From contig OZ024750.1 of NCBI GenBank assembly GCA_964016885.1, positions 16,740,001-16,804,000 on the forward strand: DNA of 64,000 nt. Reading direction: 5' to 3'. Source of the DNA: Eledone cirrhosa. Its lineage: Eukaryota. Below the pieces are notes generated by a model. That model searched no databases. It worked only from the letters and a program-made list of their open reading frames with translations, and was not told the origin of the DNA. Position 1 is the first letter of the stretch. Each line of letters begins with the position of its first letter. Shown here piece after piece: positions 1 through 12,652 of this stretch. The translations under genes and the position numbers were made by a program.

Positions 1-98
1 TACTTTACTTTATCGACGCCGTAAGGATGAAAGGCAAAGTTAGCCTCGGCGGGATTTGAACTCAGATCCTAAAGGGCCGTAACACTATGCCGTGAAGC

Positions 99-100
<2 letters not shown>
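1..100 (-). mobile_element. tRNA-derived SINE, family A (partial)
   Basis: Reverse complement contains B box GTTCAAATCC followed by the core CTTTGCCTTTCATCCTTACGG..GTCGATAAAATAAAGTA seen in about 12 copies in the window. Confidence 0.8.
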
Positions 101-163
<63 letters not shown>

Positions 164-277
164 AATTATTTCGGGTTGAATCGGAGGTAACCACAGTAAG
201 TAAGATACTCAATACATAGCAGAGTATAAAAGTTTTAATATAGATATGTAGAAGTTTTAATATAGTCCTGTAGAATC

Positions 278-429
<152 letters not shown>

Positions 430-1171
430 TTGCGCTTGTTTGCGTTTACTCTTTCTTCATCTCCTATAACCTATCGGTTCGACTGACAGAGATCGATGAA
501 ATAAATACCAGGTTTCAAAAAATAAATACTGGGATCGATATGATCGACTAAATTTTAGAAAGTGGTGCTCCAGCATTGCCCCTGTTAAATGTTTGAAACG
601 AATATTAGAAGAATGGCTCGGATACACTAACACACATACACATATACACATACACACATGCAAATAAACACAAGCATACGCATATACGTATTCTCATATA
701 TCTCCATACAGAAACACATTTCTTTACACATAGACAAACACGTGAAAGTCACGTTCAGCACACACACACGCCGTGTACACATATACAACTAAATGTGCAC
801 CCAATAATGCCATATGCAAATGATGATAACAAACTAATGCACCACACGTTGCACATCAGATTGCATCACTGCTGCTGATACTATAGTTGTTGTATCTGTT
901 GGTGAATCATGTAGATCACGTGACGTTGTTTCTATTTACTGCGCAGCTGTTTTCATATGACGTGAAATCGTTTTAGTCCGTTATGCCGATCAGCCAAACA
1001 TTGATGGTTACTTTGGTGGAATTTGTACATAATTTTTGCACACACACACGTACACACACACACACATGCACGCACACACACGTACACACACATGCACACA
1101 CATACACACACACGTACACACACGCACACACGTACACACACACACGTGAGCATGTGTGTGAGTATTATATA

Positions 1172-1358
1172 TTAATTGTTTCCACTTTTGGCACAAGGCC
1201 AGCAATTATTCCAGTGCATTACTGGTACTTTATTTTATCGACCTCATAAGGATGAAAGGCAAAGTTAACCTCGGCGGGATTTGAACTGAGACCGTAAAGG
1301 GCCGTAACTCTATGCCGCAAAGCATAGCATCTAACCTGCTACCGATGCTGCCAATCCA
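1172..1358 (-). mobile_element. tRNA-derived SINE, family A
   Basis: Near full-length match to 7135-7320 on the opposite strand (A box, B box, core, GGCCTTGTGCC..AAGTGGAAACAATT tail). Confidence 0.85.
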
Positions 1359-1731
1359 AAGGAAAAGACAATGAACGGAAACAAAACAAAACAATTTTTT
1401 AAGGCGAAACCTTAAAAAATTGTTTTTAAAAACAAATATACAAACGAAGGACACAGAACTCCATTGTCATCGGCTGTTGAAATAGACTTGGGCAGTTTCG
1501 ACCCCTACCAATGGTATTGTGGGTTCATACGGGATCATAGCATCTGACATAAGCCAAAAAGCTGTCAAAAAAAAGTGTAAGACGAAAGACAAACATTACT
1601 TTATAGCCGTTAAACTACAAAATATACAATTTTTAGGGAAAATGTATGGTACCTCACAAGACACGGGAGACATGAGTGAAACAAAGAAAAAAAAGAGAAA
1701 AAGAAAGGAAGAAAAAAAGCAAGAAGTAAGA

Positions 1732-1925
1732 CATCATCATCATCATCATCATCCGGCGGCCTCAGCCGAAATGGACTCCACGTGGGTCTGTCGTTCATTG
1801 CCGTTGTCAAGTCCTGGATTTCAACACCAGAATCTCTGGAGATGACATCAGGGTAGGAAAGCTTGCGCCCCCTGTTATTAGTGACTGCTTGTGGTTTCCA
1901 AAGCACTAATTGATAGGATACCATT
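1732..1925 (-). mobile_element. 3' fragment of an RTE-type LINE with (GAT)n tail
   Basis: Translation LVLWKPQ..RGRKLSYPDVISRDSG..DLTTAMNDRPTW resembles the RTE ORF C-terminus (RGRP..Y.D....D.......A.DR..W) and ends in a (GAT)n tail. Confidence 0.6.
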
Positions 1926-2144
1926 CAAATATGACTTTGATCTGTTTGAACTCAGAACATACATACAAATATGTTAACTATAAAGAGAAAGAATAAAAAA
2001 AAAGTGATATTTGTGAAAATGCAATGTAACACCGTCAGGAATCGAACTCGCAACCATAGTATCTAGGGACAGTGAATCATTTAAATTTTCACCTATACAC
2101 CAATTTAATAAAACACCTTGATAATGAATAATAAAATAAGATAT

Positions 2145-2217
2145 TACCTCCGACGGGACTCGAACCCGCAATCCCCGGCTTAGGAGGCCGGTGCCTTATC
2201 CATTGGGCCACGGAGGC
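2145..2217 (-). tRNA. tRNA-Arg(CCT), intact
   Basis: GCCTCCGTGGCCCAATGGATAAGGCACCGGCCTCCTAAGCCGGGGATTGCGGGTTCGAGTCCCGTCGGAGGTA: 73-nt cloverleaf, anticodon arm CCGGC-CT CCT AA-GCCGG, intact A and B boxes, TTTT downstream. Confidence 0.95.
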
Positions 2218-2735
2218 TGGTAGCTACAGCAGTTTATAAATAACCTTATATACTGCATACAGTTCTGTTTGACATTTCTCTTTTGTGTTATTTTTCATTA
2301 TAAACCTACTTATTGTCTTTTATTGTAATTCTTTGAATTTTACTCTATCCATTTATGCTTTTGTTCCCCCCCACCCGCGACACCTCCCTCTATTTCTCTC
2401 TCTCTCAATCGCCTTCTCTTTATCAATCTATCTTTGTGTCTATCTCTCTCTAGCCTTCTCGTTATATGCGTATGTATATATATGTATATGTGTGTGTGTG
2501 TGTAATATATTTACGTGTATATATATATATATGTGTGCATGTGTGTGTGCATGTGTGTGCATGTGTGTGCATGTGCGTGTATGTGTGTTTGTGTGTGTGC
2601 ATCTGTGTAATATATTTACGTGTATACATATGTGTGTATGTGTGTGTATCTCCACATTTTATCTTCAACGTTGATTACGTAATTAGACGTCAACAAACGC
2701 TCTGTCATTCTTCCTCCCCCTCTCTCTTTAATACT

Positions 2736-2774
<39 letters not shown>

Positions 2775-4041
2775 CCCGCTTCTCCCTTTCAGTCTCCCTC
2801 CCCCGCTCTATCTCCCCCTCTCTTACCCTTTACCTGTCTTTCACTACCTGTCTAACACCTTACAGTCGTTTCTCTAACACAATAACATCAACACCCTCTC
2901 GCATACTGGTAGCGTTACATGATTTTACATACACACACACTAACACACCCACACTACGCACACACACACACACTAACACACCCACACCATCACACACATA
3001 CCTACAAACATATATACACACGCATACATACAAACACAGACACACATGCACATACACACAGACACACACACTAACACATACCCACACCAACAAACATACA
3101 TACACACGCACACACACACACATACAAACACAGACACCCATACACACACACCAACACACATATACCTACAAACATGCATACACACACACACACACACACA
3201 CACTCAAACACAGACACATACACACACACGCATGCACACACACGCATGCACACACACGCACACACACATACAGACACTGACATGCATACAAACACACAGA
3301 CATTCACACATGCAAACATACACACACATAGACATACACACATGCAAACACCGACACACATACACACACACACATGCACACACATACACACACATGCTCA
3401 CGCAAACATATGCACACACGTGCACACACACACGTATACATACACATATCGATGGACCTCCATTGGTTTCGACGATGAGTCTTCCAGCTGTTCGATCAAA
3501 GAGACAGCCTGTTCATTAAATTAACACGTAAGTGACTGAGCATTCCACAGACAAGTACATAATTATTTGTGAGATTCACAGTGATACAGTATGTGACAAA
3601 CCTGACCCTTTGAATTATAGGTACAGTCCCTCTGACGAAGTTTCTAACAGTTTCCAATCTACACACACATACGTAGAGGCATACACATCTAAACCTCATG
3701 TACACTGCATCTCGGTTTAACTATCGGTCTATCTGTCTATCTGTCTATCTGGCAGGGAGTCGGTTTACCGTCGACCATTCGACCATGAAGTAGGTTGAAC
3801 TGGGTTACATGGTACCAGTAGCAGGCAGAAGCCTGACCTGACCAAACATTGTTGGACAACTACAATAATATAATGGTGTAAATGTTTAAAATAAAATCTA
3901 ACGCCACGCGTTAACATCCTAAAATGCATTAATTTGTCTGATAAAGCAGACATGTTGACTAAATGCATTCTAAAAATGTCAATCCCAATTGATTTTCAGA
4001 TGTCCTCCAATAATTATGGGAGAAAAAAACTAACCATAATA

Positions 4042-4114
4042 CACCTCCGACGGGATTCAAACCCGTAACCCCCGGCTTAGGAGGCCGGTGCCTTATTCAT
4101 TGGGCCACTGAGGA
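4042..4114 (-). pseudogene. tRNA-Arg(CCT) pseudogene
   Basis: Same sequence but D-loop GG>GA, T-loop TTCGA>TTTGA and acceptor-stem mismatches. Confidence 0.8.
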
Positions 4115-4478
4115 AACTGGAGATTATATTATTTCTTAAAGTTGATGAAGAAACCTAACTAGTGCTGACTCAACGATGTTATCTGAAACATCAATTACAC
4201 TGCAGCCACAATCTATCTAGGAGTATATAACTCGATATGGCCTTCAAACCTTTTTACACATAGAAATGTATCTACGTAATGTATCTATGGCCGCAGCAGG
4301 TAATATTCATGACAGTAGGTAAGGGTTGGCACATATGTACATCTATATTCTATGTCTAACTTCTCTTAACATAAATGGTACATTTCAACGTTACACCTCA
4401 CATTAGATAGAATCAGAACCACTCATTAACCAGAGTTGTGGTTATGTTGTTGATGGTGCTCTCAAATTTTAGCAGTTA

Positions 4479-4673
4479 CAGACCTGCCAACCTCTAAAAT
4501 CCCAAACGGGGAGTACCATGAAAAAAAGTGCCCCAAAACGGGGAGAAATGAGGCAAAATGAAAAGATTTTACATAATGAAAGCTATACCTATTTTCACAA
4601 GAGAAGACATATCTCACCCACCCCAAAGTGTGTGGGAGATCTCCCCGTCCGACGGGGAGAGTTGACAAGTCCG
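4479..4673 (+). mobile_element. ~195-bp MITE, intact copy (hAT-like, 6-bp TSD)
   Basis: Imperfect TIRs CAGACCTGCCAAC / GTTGACAAGTCCG; CAGTTA duplicated at 4473-4478 and 4674-4679; repeated CGGGGAG subterminal motifs; hairpin TCTCCCCGTC-C-GACGGGGAGA. Superfamily is tentative. Confidence 0.8.
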
Positions 4674-5173
4674 CAGTTATATTCTAGTAAGATATACCAT
4701 TGCAATTTTTTAATATAAAAAATAAACTTTATTGTATTTCAATAACACAATTAGAAAACAACAAAAAAGAAAGGATGAAAGTGGCGGGAAGAACGGGGGG
4801 GGGGGGGGGGGTAATCAAGTAGTAATTCAAAAGCAATAATTAACATGAAACTAATTATTGCTCTGTAGGTTCATTTTATACATTTGATTGATCATTTAAT
4901 GAAGCAGGTCAAATAAAGAAATATATTTTGTCTCACGAAATCTTCAACTGGGTTAGAATTGCGTTGTTATTATTTCTGAGAAATAGGTGCAGTCTACATA
5001 TATTTATCCTAGTTTGGAGGTTCACCACTGGATAGAACTGTAAAATGTACATAGTGTTTGCTATAATAAATCTTTGAAGGAATTTCACCAGTCCGGCCTC
5101 CTGTCATTTTACTCAATAATATACTTATCCTATATAGAGAGTATAATATGGTATAAGCCTATTTTGGCTACTG

Positions 5174-5287
5174 CAGACGTGTCAACTCTCCCCATCCGAC
5201 GGGGAGATCTCCCACCCACTTTGGGTTGGATGAGAGATGTCTTCTCTTGTGAAAATGGGTATGACTTTCATTATGTAAAATCTCCCC
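5174..5287 (-). mobile_element. Right half of the same MITE
   Basis: Reverse complement aligns with about 4562-4673 and stops at the internal GGGGAG motif, where it abuts a truncated tRNA. Confidence 0.8.
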
Positions 5288-5348
5288 CAACGGATAAGGC
5301 ACCGGCTTCCTAAGCCGGGGATTGCGGGTTCGAGTCCCGTCGAAGGTA
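5286..5348 (+). pseudogene. 5'-truncated tRNA-Arg(CCT)
   Basis: CCCAACGGATAAGGCACCGGCTTCCTAAGCCGGGGATTGCGGGTTCGAGTCCCGTCGAAGGTA; the first 10 nt are replaced by MITE sequence; T-tract at about 5361. Confidence 0.85.
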
Positions 5349-5547
5349 TCAAGTCCGCTATTTTTTTTCCCATCCAACGTTCTAACACCATCAACAAATA
5401 GTTTATTATGCTGACACTCGAAAGTAAGGTCCCTTCTGATTTTCTTCCTAGTTAAGGAGTGGAAGTCTGATGCTTTGAGCAACTATATTTTAAATTTCAA
5501 ACATTTTAAAGTTATTGTGATGTAAGCGACACCGAGACAGTGGCTGA

Positions 5548-6650
5548 CAATATTTCAAAGCTACCGAGTAGCAACATTTCAAAGCTGCTGACTAGCAACA
5601 TTTCAAAGCTGCTGACTAGCAACATTTCAAAGCTACCGAGTAGCAACATTTCAAAGCTGCCGACTAGCAACATTTCATAGCTACCGAGTAGCAACATTTC
5701 AAAGCTACTGACTAGCAACATTTCATAGCTACTGAGTAGCAACATTTCAAAGCTGCTGACTAGCAACATTTCAAAGCTACCGAGTAGCAACATTTCAAAG
5801 CTGCTGACTAGCAACATTTCAAAGCTACCGAGTAGCAACATTTCAAAGCTACTGAGTAGCAACATTTCAAAGCTGCTGACTAGCAACATTTCAAAGCTAC
5901 TGAGTAGCAACATTTCATAGCTGCTGACTAGCAACATTTCAAAGCTACCGAGTAGCAACATTTCAAAGCTACTGAGTAGCAACATTTCAAAGCTACTGAG
6001 TAGCAATATTTCAAAGCTACTGAGTAGCAACATTTCATAGCTACTGAGTAGCAACATTTCAAAGCTACTGAGTAGCAATATTTCAAAGCTACCGAGTAGC
6101 AACATTTCAAAGCTACTGAGTAGCAACATTTCATAGCTACTGGGTAGCAATATTTCAAAGCTACCGAGTAGCAACATTTCAAAGCTACCGAGTAGCAACA
6201 TTTCAAAGCTACTGAGTAGCAACATTTCATAGCTACTGACTAGCAACATTTCAAAGCTACTGAGTAGCAACATTTCAAAGCTACTGAGTAGCAATATTTC
6301 ATAGCTGCTGACTAGCAACATTTCAAAGCTACTGACTAGCAACATTTCAAAGCTACTAAGTAGCCACATTTCATAGCTACCGAGAAGCAACATTTCATAG
6401 CTACCGAGAAGCAACATTGCAAAGCTACCGAGAAGCAAAATATCATAACTACCGAGTAGCAACATTGCAAAGCTATCGAGAAGCAATATTTCATAGCTAC
6501 TAAGTAGCAAAATATCAAAGCTACCGAGAAGCAAAATATCAAAGCTACCAAGTAGCAACATTTCAAAGCTACTAAGTAGCAACATTTCATAGCTACTAAG
6601 TAGCAAAATATCAAAGCTACCAAGTAGCAACATTTCAAAGCTACTAAGTA
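5548..6650 (+). repeat. 24-bp minisatellite, about 46 copies
   Basis: Contiguous unit CAACATTTCAAAGCTACTGAGTAG with few variants and no spacers; more diverged toward the right end. Confidence 0.95.
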
Positions 6651-6865
6651 CACAGATTGCATATTGATAAAAAAATACTCTATCCAATGCTTTAACGCCT
6701 CAGTCAATTCATCATCTAATTACATATAATGTACATTATACAAATAATATAGCTGAGAATAGTTTAAAGGTGGAAGTGTTGAAATAAATTAGCACTGTTA
6801 AATCAACTCTAGTTACCTTTCTTTGTTGACTTTAAGAAAGCAGAGAAGTATCTCTTTTTCCAATT

Positions 6866-6938
6866 GCCTTCGTGGCCCAACGGATAAGGCACCGGCCTCC
6901 TAAGCCGGGGATTGCGGGTTCGAATCCCGTCGGAGGTA
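6866..6938 (+). tRNA. tRNA-Arg(CCT), intact
   Basis: GCCTTCGTGGCCCAACGGATAAGG...GGTTCGAATCCCGTCGGAGGTA cloverleaf; T-tract Pol III terminator about 8 nt downstream. Confidence 0.93.
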
Positions 6939-7134
6939 GTACATAATTTTTTATAATGCCGATATTCATTTATATATTTAGTTATTCATTTATTCAATTT
7001 ATTTATTGATCCATTTGTTAGAAGTTGCCACAAACAGATAGTAACCAGCAATCGCTTGACTTCCGATGTTTGTGAGCTAGGATTCTGTTGGAGTGTCTCA
7101 TTCTTTTCTCGTAAATTAAATGTATAACATAAAA

Positions 7135-7320
7135 GTGGATTGGCAGTATCGGTAGAGGGTCGGACGCCATGCTTTCCAGCATAGTTACGTCCCTTTACGA
7201 TCTGAGTTCAAATCCCGCCGAGGTTGACTTTGCCTTTCATCCTTACGGGGTCGATAAAATAAAGTACCAGTAATGCACTGGGTAATTGCTGGCCTTGTGC
7301 CTAAAGTAGAAACAATTATT
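7135..7320 (+). mobile_element. tRNA-derived SINE, family A (reference copy)
   Basis: A box TGGCAGTATCGG, B box GTTCAAATCC, core GTTGACTTTGCCTTTCATCCTTACGGGGTCGATAAAATAAAGTACCAG (resembles Meta/Sauria-type central domains; tentative), ATT tail. Confidence 0.85.
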
Positions 7321-7634
7321 TCCTCGTCTGATATGGTGAGCAATATTTCTCTAATTTCACGTTGCTAGATTGACAGAATCGATGGAGCGTCTAGCAAAAT
7401 ACGTTGTGTGATATTTTCTAGCTTTATTTCAAAGCTACTGAGTGGCAACATTTTGATTTGGGTGGTACCAATACCGCGAATGTCAACATTTGAAATTAAA
7501 TGTAGAGTGTTAATTAAGTAAACAATTTAGTTCAGAATAGATTTAATGATGGAAGTCTATTAGTGTTGCAATTAGCACTAGTTACCGTTCTTCATTGACT
7601 TTAAGAAGCTAGACAAGAACTCCAACTGTCAGTA

Positions 7635-7707
7635 GCCTTCGTGGCCCAACGGATAAGGCACCGGCCTCCTAAGCCGGGGATTGCGGGTTCGAATCCCGTC
7701 GGAGGTA
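7635..7707 (+). tRNA. tRNA-Arg(CCT), intact
   Basis: Identical to 6866-6938; T-tract downstream. Confidence 0.93.
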
Positions 7708-7913
7708 GTATAAATATTTTTTATGCCGATATTCATTTATATATTTAGTTTCTCATTTATTCATTTATTTCTTGATTCATTTACATTGATAAAATGGTGA
7801 ATGGATTGCGAAATAGTGGGTTCGATTCCTGGACCAGGCAGTGCTTTGTAATCTTGAGTAAAATATTATATTTCACATCGCTCCTTTCTGCTAGAAGTTG
7901 CTACAAACAGATA

Positions 7914-8090
7914 TTTGTTTCTACTTTAGGCACAAGGCCAGCAATTTCCCAGTTCATTACTGGTACTTTATTTTATCGACCCCGTAAGGATGAAAGGCAA
8001 AGTCAACCTCGGCGGGATTTGAACTCAGATCGTAAAGGGACGTAACTATGCTGGAAAGCATGGCGTCCGACCCTCTACCGATACTGCCAA
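7914..8090 (-). mobile_element. tRNA-derived SINE, family A
   Basis: Near-identical inverted copy of 7135-7320. Confidence 0.85.
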
Positions 8091-8912
8091 AGATATTATC
8101 AGCCAAACATTGTTCCTTGGTCCAATTTGATGATCTGATATATATGTACGCTTCATACAGATATAAAACCCCTGTTATTACTCCATACTTACCTTCCTTC
8201 ATTGACCTCAAGAAACAATACAATTTAACCAGCAACAGCTTGACTTCATAGATCAGTGGATAACGGCCTCGGTCTCCCAAACCGGTGTTTGTGAGCTAGG
8301 ATTCTGTTGGAGTGTCTCATTCTTTTCTCGTAAATTAAATGTATAACATAAGAGTGTATTATTTCCTCGTCTGATATGGTGAACAATATTTTTCAAATTT
8401 GAATTGATAGAATCAATGGAGTGTCCAGCAAAATACATGATGTGATATTTTCTAGCTTTATTCCAAAGCTACTGAGAGGCAACACTTTGATGTGGTGTTA
8501 CCAATACCGCGACCAAAACCGCGAATACCAACATTTGAAAAAAATGTAGTGTTAATTAAGCAAACAATTTAGTTCAGAATAGATTTAATGATGGCAGTCT
8601 ATTAGCGTTGCAATTAGCATTGTTAAATTAAATTTAGTTTGTGTGTGTAGACTTCATACAGAAATAATGCCCTTGTTATTTCTCCATATTTACTTTCCTT
8701 CATTGACCCCAAGAAGTGATACAATTTAACCAGCAACCGCTTGACGTCATAGATCAGTGGCTAACGGCCTCAGTCTCCTAAACCGGTGTTTGTGAGCTAG
8801 GATTCTGTTGGAGTGTCTCATTCTTTTCTCGTAAATTAGGACTGTTGAATCAACACTAGTTACCATTCTTTGTTGACTTTAAGATGCTAGACAAGAACTG
8901 CTACTGTCAGTT

Positions 8913-8973
8913 GCGTTCGTGGCCCAACGGCCTCCTAAGCCGGGGATTGCGGGTTCGAATCCCGTCGGAGGTA
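8913..8973 (+). pseudogene. tRNA-Arg(CCT) pseudogene with 12-nt deletion
   Basis: ATAAGGCACCGG deleted between CGG microhomologies, destroying the D and anticodon stems; also C3>G. Confidence 0.88.
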
Positions 8974-9169
8974 GTACATAATTTTTTATAATGCCGATAT
9001 TCATTTATATATTTAGTTATTCATTTATTCAATTTATTTATTGATCCATTTGTTAGAAGTTGCTACAAACAGATAGTAACCAGCAATCGCTTGACTTCCG
9101 ATGTTTGTGAGCTAGGATTCTGTTGGAGTGTCTCATTCTTTTCTCGTAAATTAAATGTATAACATAAAA

Positions 9170-9355
9170 GTGGATTGGCAGTATCGGTAGAGGGTCGGAC
9201 GCCATGCTTTCCAGCATAGTTACGTCCCTTTACGATCTGAGTTCAAATCCCGCCGAGGTTGACTTTGCCTTTCATCCTTACGGGGTCGATAAAATAAAGT
9301 ACCAGTAATGCACTGGGTAATTGCTGGCCTTGTGCCTAAAGTAGAAACAATTATT
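9170..9355 (+). mobile_element. tRNA-derived SINE, family A (duplicated copy)
   Basis: Copy of 7135-7320 at +2035. Confidence 0.85.
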
Positions 9356-9669
9356 TCCTCGTCTGATATGGTGAGCAATATTTCTCTAATTTCACGTTGC
9401 TAGATTGACAGAATCGATGGAGCGTCTAGCAAAATACGTTGTGTGATACTTCCTAGCTTTATTTCAAAGCTACTGAGTGGCAACATTTTGATTTGGGTGG
9501 TACCAATACCGCGAATGTCAACATTTGAAATTAAATGTAGAGTGTTAATTAAGTAAACAATTTAGTTCAGAATAGATTTAATGATGGAAGTCTATTAGTG
9601 TTGCAATTAGCACTAGTTACCGTTCTTCATTGACTTTAAGAAGCTAGACAAGAACTCCAACTGTCAGTA

Positions 9670-9742
9670 GCCTTCGTGGCCCAACGGATAAGGCACCGGC
9701 CTCCTAAGCCGGGGATTGCGGGTTCGAATCCCGTCGGAGGTA
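9670..9742 (+). tRNA. tRNA-Arg(CCT), intact
   Basis: Identical to 7635-7707. Confidence 0.93.
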
Positions 9743-9948
9743 GTATAAATATTTTTTATGCCGATATTCATTTATATATTTAGTTTCTCATTTATTCATT
9801 TATTTCTTGATTCATTTACATTGATAAAATGGTGAATGGATTGCGAAATAGTGGGTTCGATTCCTGGACCAGGCAGTGCTTTGTAATCTTGAGTAAAATA
9901 TTATATTTCACATCGCTCCTTTCTGCTAGAAGTTGCTACAAACAGATA

Positions 9949-10125
9949 TTTGTTTCTACTTTAGGCACAAGGCCAGCAATTTCCCAGTTCATTACTGGTA
10001 CTTTATTTTATCGACCCCGTAAGGATGAAAGGCAAAGTCAACCTCGGCGGGATTTGAACTCAGATCGTAAAGGGACGTAACTATGCTGGAAAGCATGGCG
10101 TCCGACCCTCTACCGATACTGCCAA
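9949..10125 (-). mobile_element. tRNA-derived SINE, family A (duplicated copy)
   Basis: Copy of 7914-8090 at +2035. Confidence 0.85.
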
Positions 10126-10948
10126 AGATATTATCAGCCAAACATTGTTCCTTGGTCCAATTTGATGATCTGATATATATGTATGCTTCATACAGATATA
10201 AAACCCCTGTTATTACTCCATACTTACCTTCCTTCATTGACCTCAAGAAACAATACAATTTAACCAGCAACAGCTTGACTTCATAGATCAGTGGATAACG
10301 GCCTCGGTCTCCCAAACCGGTGTTTGTGAGCTAGGATTCTGTTGGAGTGTCTCATTCTTTTCTCGTAAATTAAATGTATAACATAAGAGTGTATTATTTC
10401 CTCGTCTGATATGGTGAACAATATTTTTCAAATTTGAATTGATAGAATCAATGGAGTGTCCAGCAAAATACATGATGTGATATTTTCTAGCTTTATTCCA
10501 AAGCTACTGAGAGGCAACACTTTGATGTGGTGTTACCAATACCGCGACCAAAACCGCGAATACCAACATTTGAAAAAAAATGTAGTGTTAATTAAGCAAA
10601 CAATTTAGTTCAGAATAGATTTAATGATGGCAGTCTATTAGCGTTGCAATTAGCACTGTTAAATTAAATTTAGTTTGTGTGTGTAGACTTCATACAGAAA
10701 TAATGCCCTTCTTATTTCTCCATATTTACTTTCCTTCATTGACCCCAAGAAGTGATACAATTTAACCAGCAACCGCTTGACTTCATAGATCAGTGGCTAA
10801 CGGCCTCAGTCTCCTAAACCGGTGTTTGTGAGCTAGGATTCTGTTGGAGTGTCTCATTCTTTTCTCGTAAATTAGGACTGTTGAATCAACACTAGTTACC
10901 ATTCTTTGTTGACTTTAAGATGCTAGACAAGAACTGCTACTATCAGTT

Positions 10949-11021
10949 GCGTTCGTGGCCCAGCGGACAAGGCACCGGGCTCCTAAGCCGGGGATTGCGG
11001 GTTCGAATCCCGTCGGAGGTA
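10949..11021 (+). pseudogene. Diverged tRNA-Arg(CCT), probable pseudogene
   Basis: Full length but G:G mismatches in the acceptor stem (position 3) and anticodon stem, plus two D-loop changes. Confidence 0.7.
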
Positions 11022-11188
11022 GTACATATTTTTTTTATAATGCCGATATTCATTTATATATTTAGATATTAATTTATTCAATTTATTCATTGATTCATTT
11101 CCTAGAAGATGCTACAAACAGATAACATCAGCCTAACATTGTTTCCTCGGTCCAATTTGATGATCAGCTTCTTTCCTTTGTATATATA

Positions 11189-11272
<84 letters not shown>

Positions 11273-11539
11273 TGTGTGTGTCTGTTAGTGTGTGTAGACT
11301 TCATTCAGAAATAATGCCCCTGTTATTTTTCCATACTTACCTTCCTTCATTGACCACAGCAATCGCTTGACTTCATAGATCAGTGGATAACGGCCTCGGT
11401 CTCCCAAACCGGTGTTAGTGAGCTAGGATTTTGTTGGAGTTGTCTCATTCTTTTCTCGTAAATTAGCATTGTTAAATCAACTCTAGTTACCTTTCTTTGT
11501 TGACTTTAAGAAAGTAGACAAGAACTTCTGTTATTAGTT

Positions 11540-11612
11540 GCCTTCGTGGCCCAACGGATAAGGCACCGGCCTCCTAAGCCGGGGATTGCGGGTTCGAATC
11601 CCGTCGGAGGTA
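11540..11612 (+). tRNA. tRNA-Arg(CCT), intact
   Basis: Identical to 6866-6938; T-tract downstream. Confidence 0.93.
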
Positions 11613-12367
11613 GTACAGATATAATTTTTTATATATTTAGTTTCTTATTTAACCATTTATTGATTGATTCATTTACGTTAAGATAATGGTGCCTGGTCTA
11701 GTGTTATTTAAGGTGCTGTGTTCTCAACTGTCATATCTTGTGTTCGATTCCTGGACCAAACTTGGGGATTGCGGGTTCGTATCCTATTGGTTGTACATCT
11801 TTTTCTCATTAATTCATTTCTGTTAAGGTAAATGTACGTGACATGGTTTCTTTTGGGTATTAGATTCCCGATTGTAAGGTCGTAGATTCGATTCCTGGAC
11901 CTAGACCTGGAGGCGTGTTGTACTCTTGCGCCTTTGTGACTTAATGCCAGAGCAAGATTTAACACATATATTCCATGCTTTTTTGTTTACAGTCCTATTA
12001 AAGTGTGAAGTATCGTTCTCCATAGCAAAAGATTATTATTTCCTCGTCTGATATGGTGAGAATTATTTAATAAATTTCACGTTGCTGGATTGACAAAATC
12101 GATGGAGTGTCTAGCAAAATACGTTGTGTGATACTTTCTAGCTTTATTTCAAAGCTACTGAGTGGCAGCACTTTGAATTGGGTGGTACCAATACCGCGAA
12201 TACCAACATTTGAAAAAAAAATGTAGTGTTAATTAAGCAAACAATTTAGTTCAGAATAAATTCAATGATGGAAGTCTATTAGTGTTGCAATTAGCACTGT
12301 TAAATGAAATCTAGTTACCTTTCTTTGTTGACTTTAAGAAGTTAGTCAAGAACTGTTACTGTGAGTC

Positions 12368-12440
12368 GCCTCCGTGGCCCAACGGATAAGGCACCGGCCT
12401 CCTAAGCCGGGGATTGCGGGTTCGAATCCCGTCGGAGGTA
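12368..12440 (+). tRNA. tRNA-Arg(CCT), intact
   Basis: GCCTCCG acceptor variant, otherwise identical; T-tract downstream. Confidence 0.93.
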
Positions 12441-12532
12441 GTATATATATATAATTTTTTATAATGCTAATATTAATTTATATATTTAGATATTTATTAC
12501 TCATTTATTTATTGATTCCTTTACGTTAAGAT

Positions 12533-12652
12533 AATTGTTTCTACTTTTGGCACAAGGCCAGCAATTGTCCCATTGCATTGCTAGTACCTTATTTAATCGA
12601 CACCGTAAGGATGAAAGGCAAAGTTAACCTCGGTGGAATTTGAACTCAGACC
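12533..12652 (-). mobile_element. tRNA-derived SINE, family A (3' part)
   Basis: Core and tail match family A. Confidence 0.7.

Larger units (their letters stand above)
6895..11020 (+). repeat. Near-identical tandem segmental duplication, period about 2035 bp
   Basis: Identical ORFs at 7794/9829, 7957/9992, 8048/10083 and tRNAs at 7635/9670 are all offset by 2035 bp. Confidence 0.9.

Noticed and set aside
5512-6707. 391-aa Leu-rich ORF, Cys-rich ORFs, or a CRISPR-like array
   Set aside because: Translations of a stop-free 24-bp minisatellite; repeats are contiguous with no unique spacers and the context is eukaryotic.
7794-10473. Duplicated 61-107 aa ORFs
   Set aside because: They overlap SINEs and tRNA spacer; identity reflects the 2035-bp duplication, with no protein motif.
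11685-11930. Additional tRNA genes (also 13495-13720 and 2025-2080)
   Set aside because: Only decayed A/B-box remnants or SINE heads; no cloverleaf can be folded.
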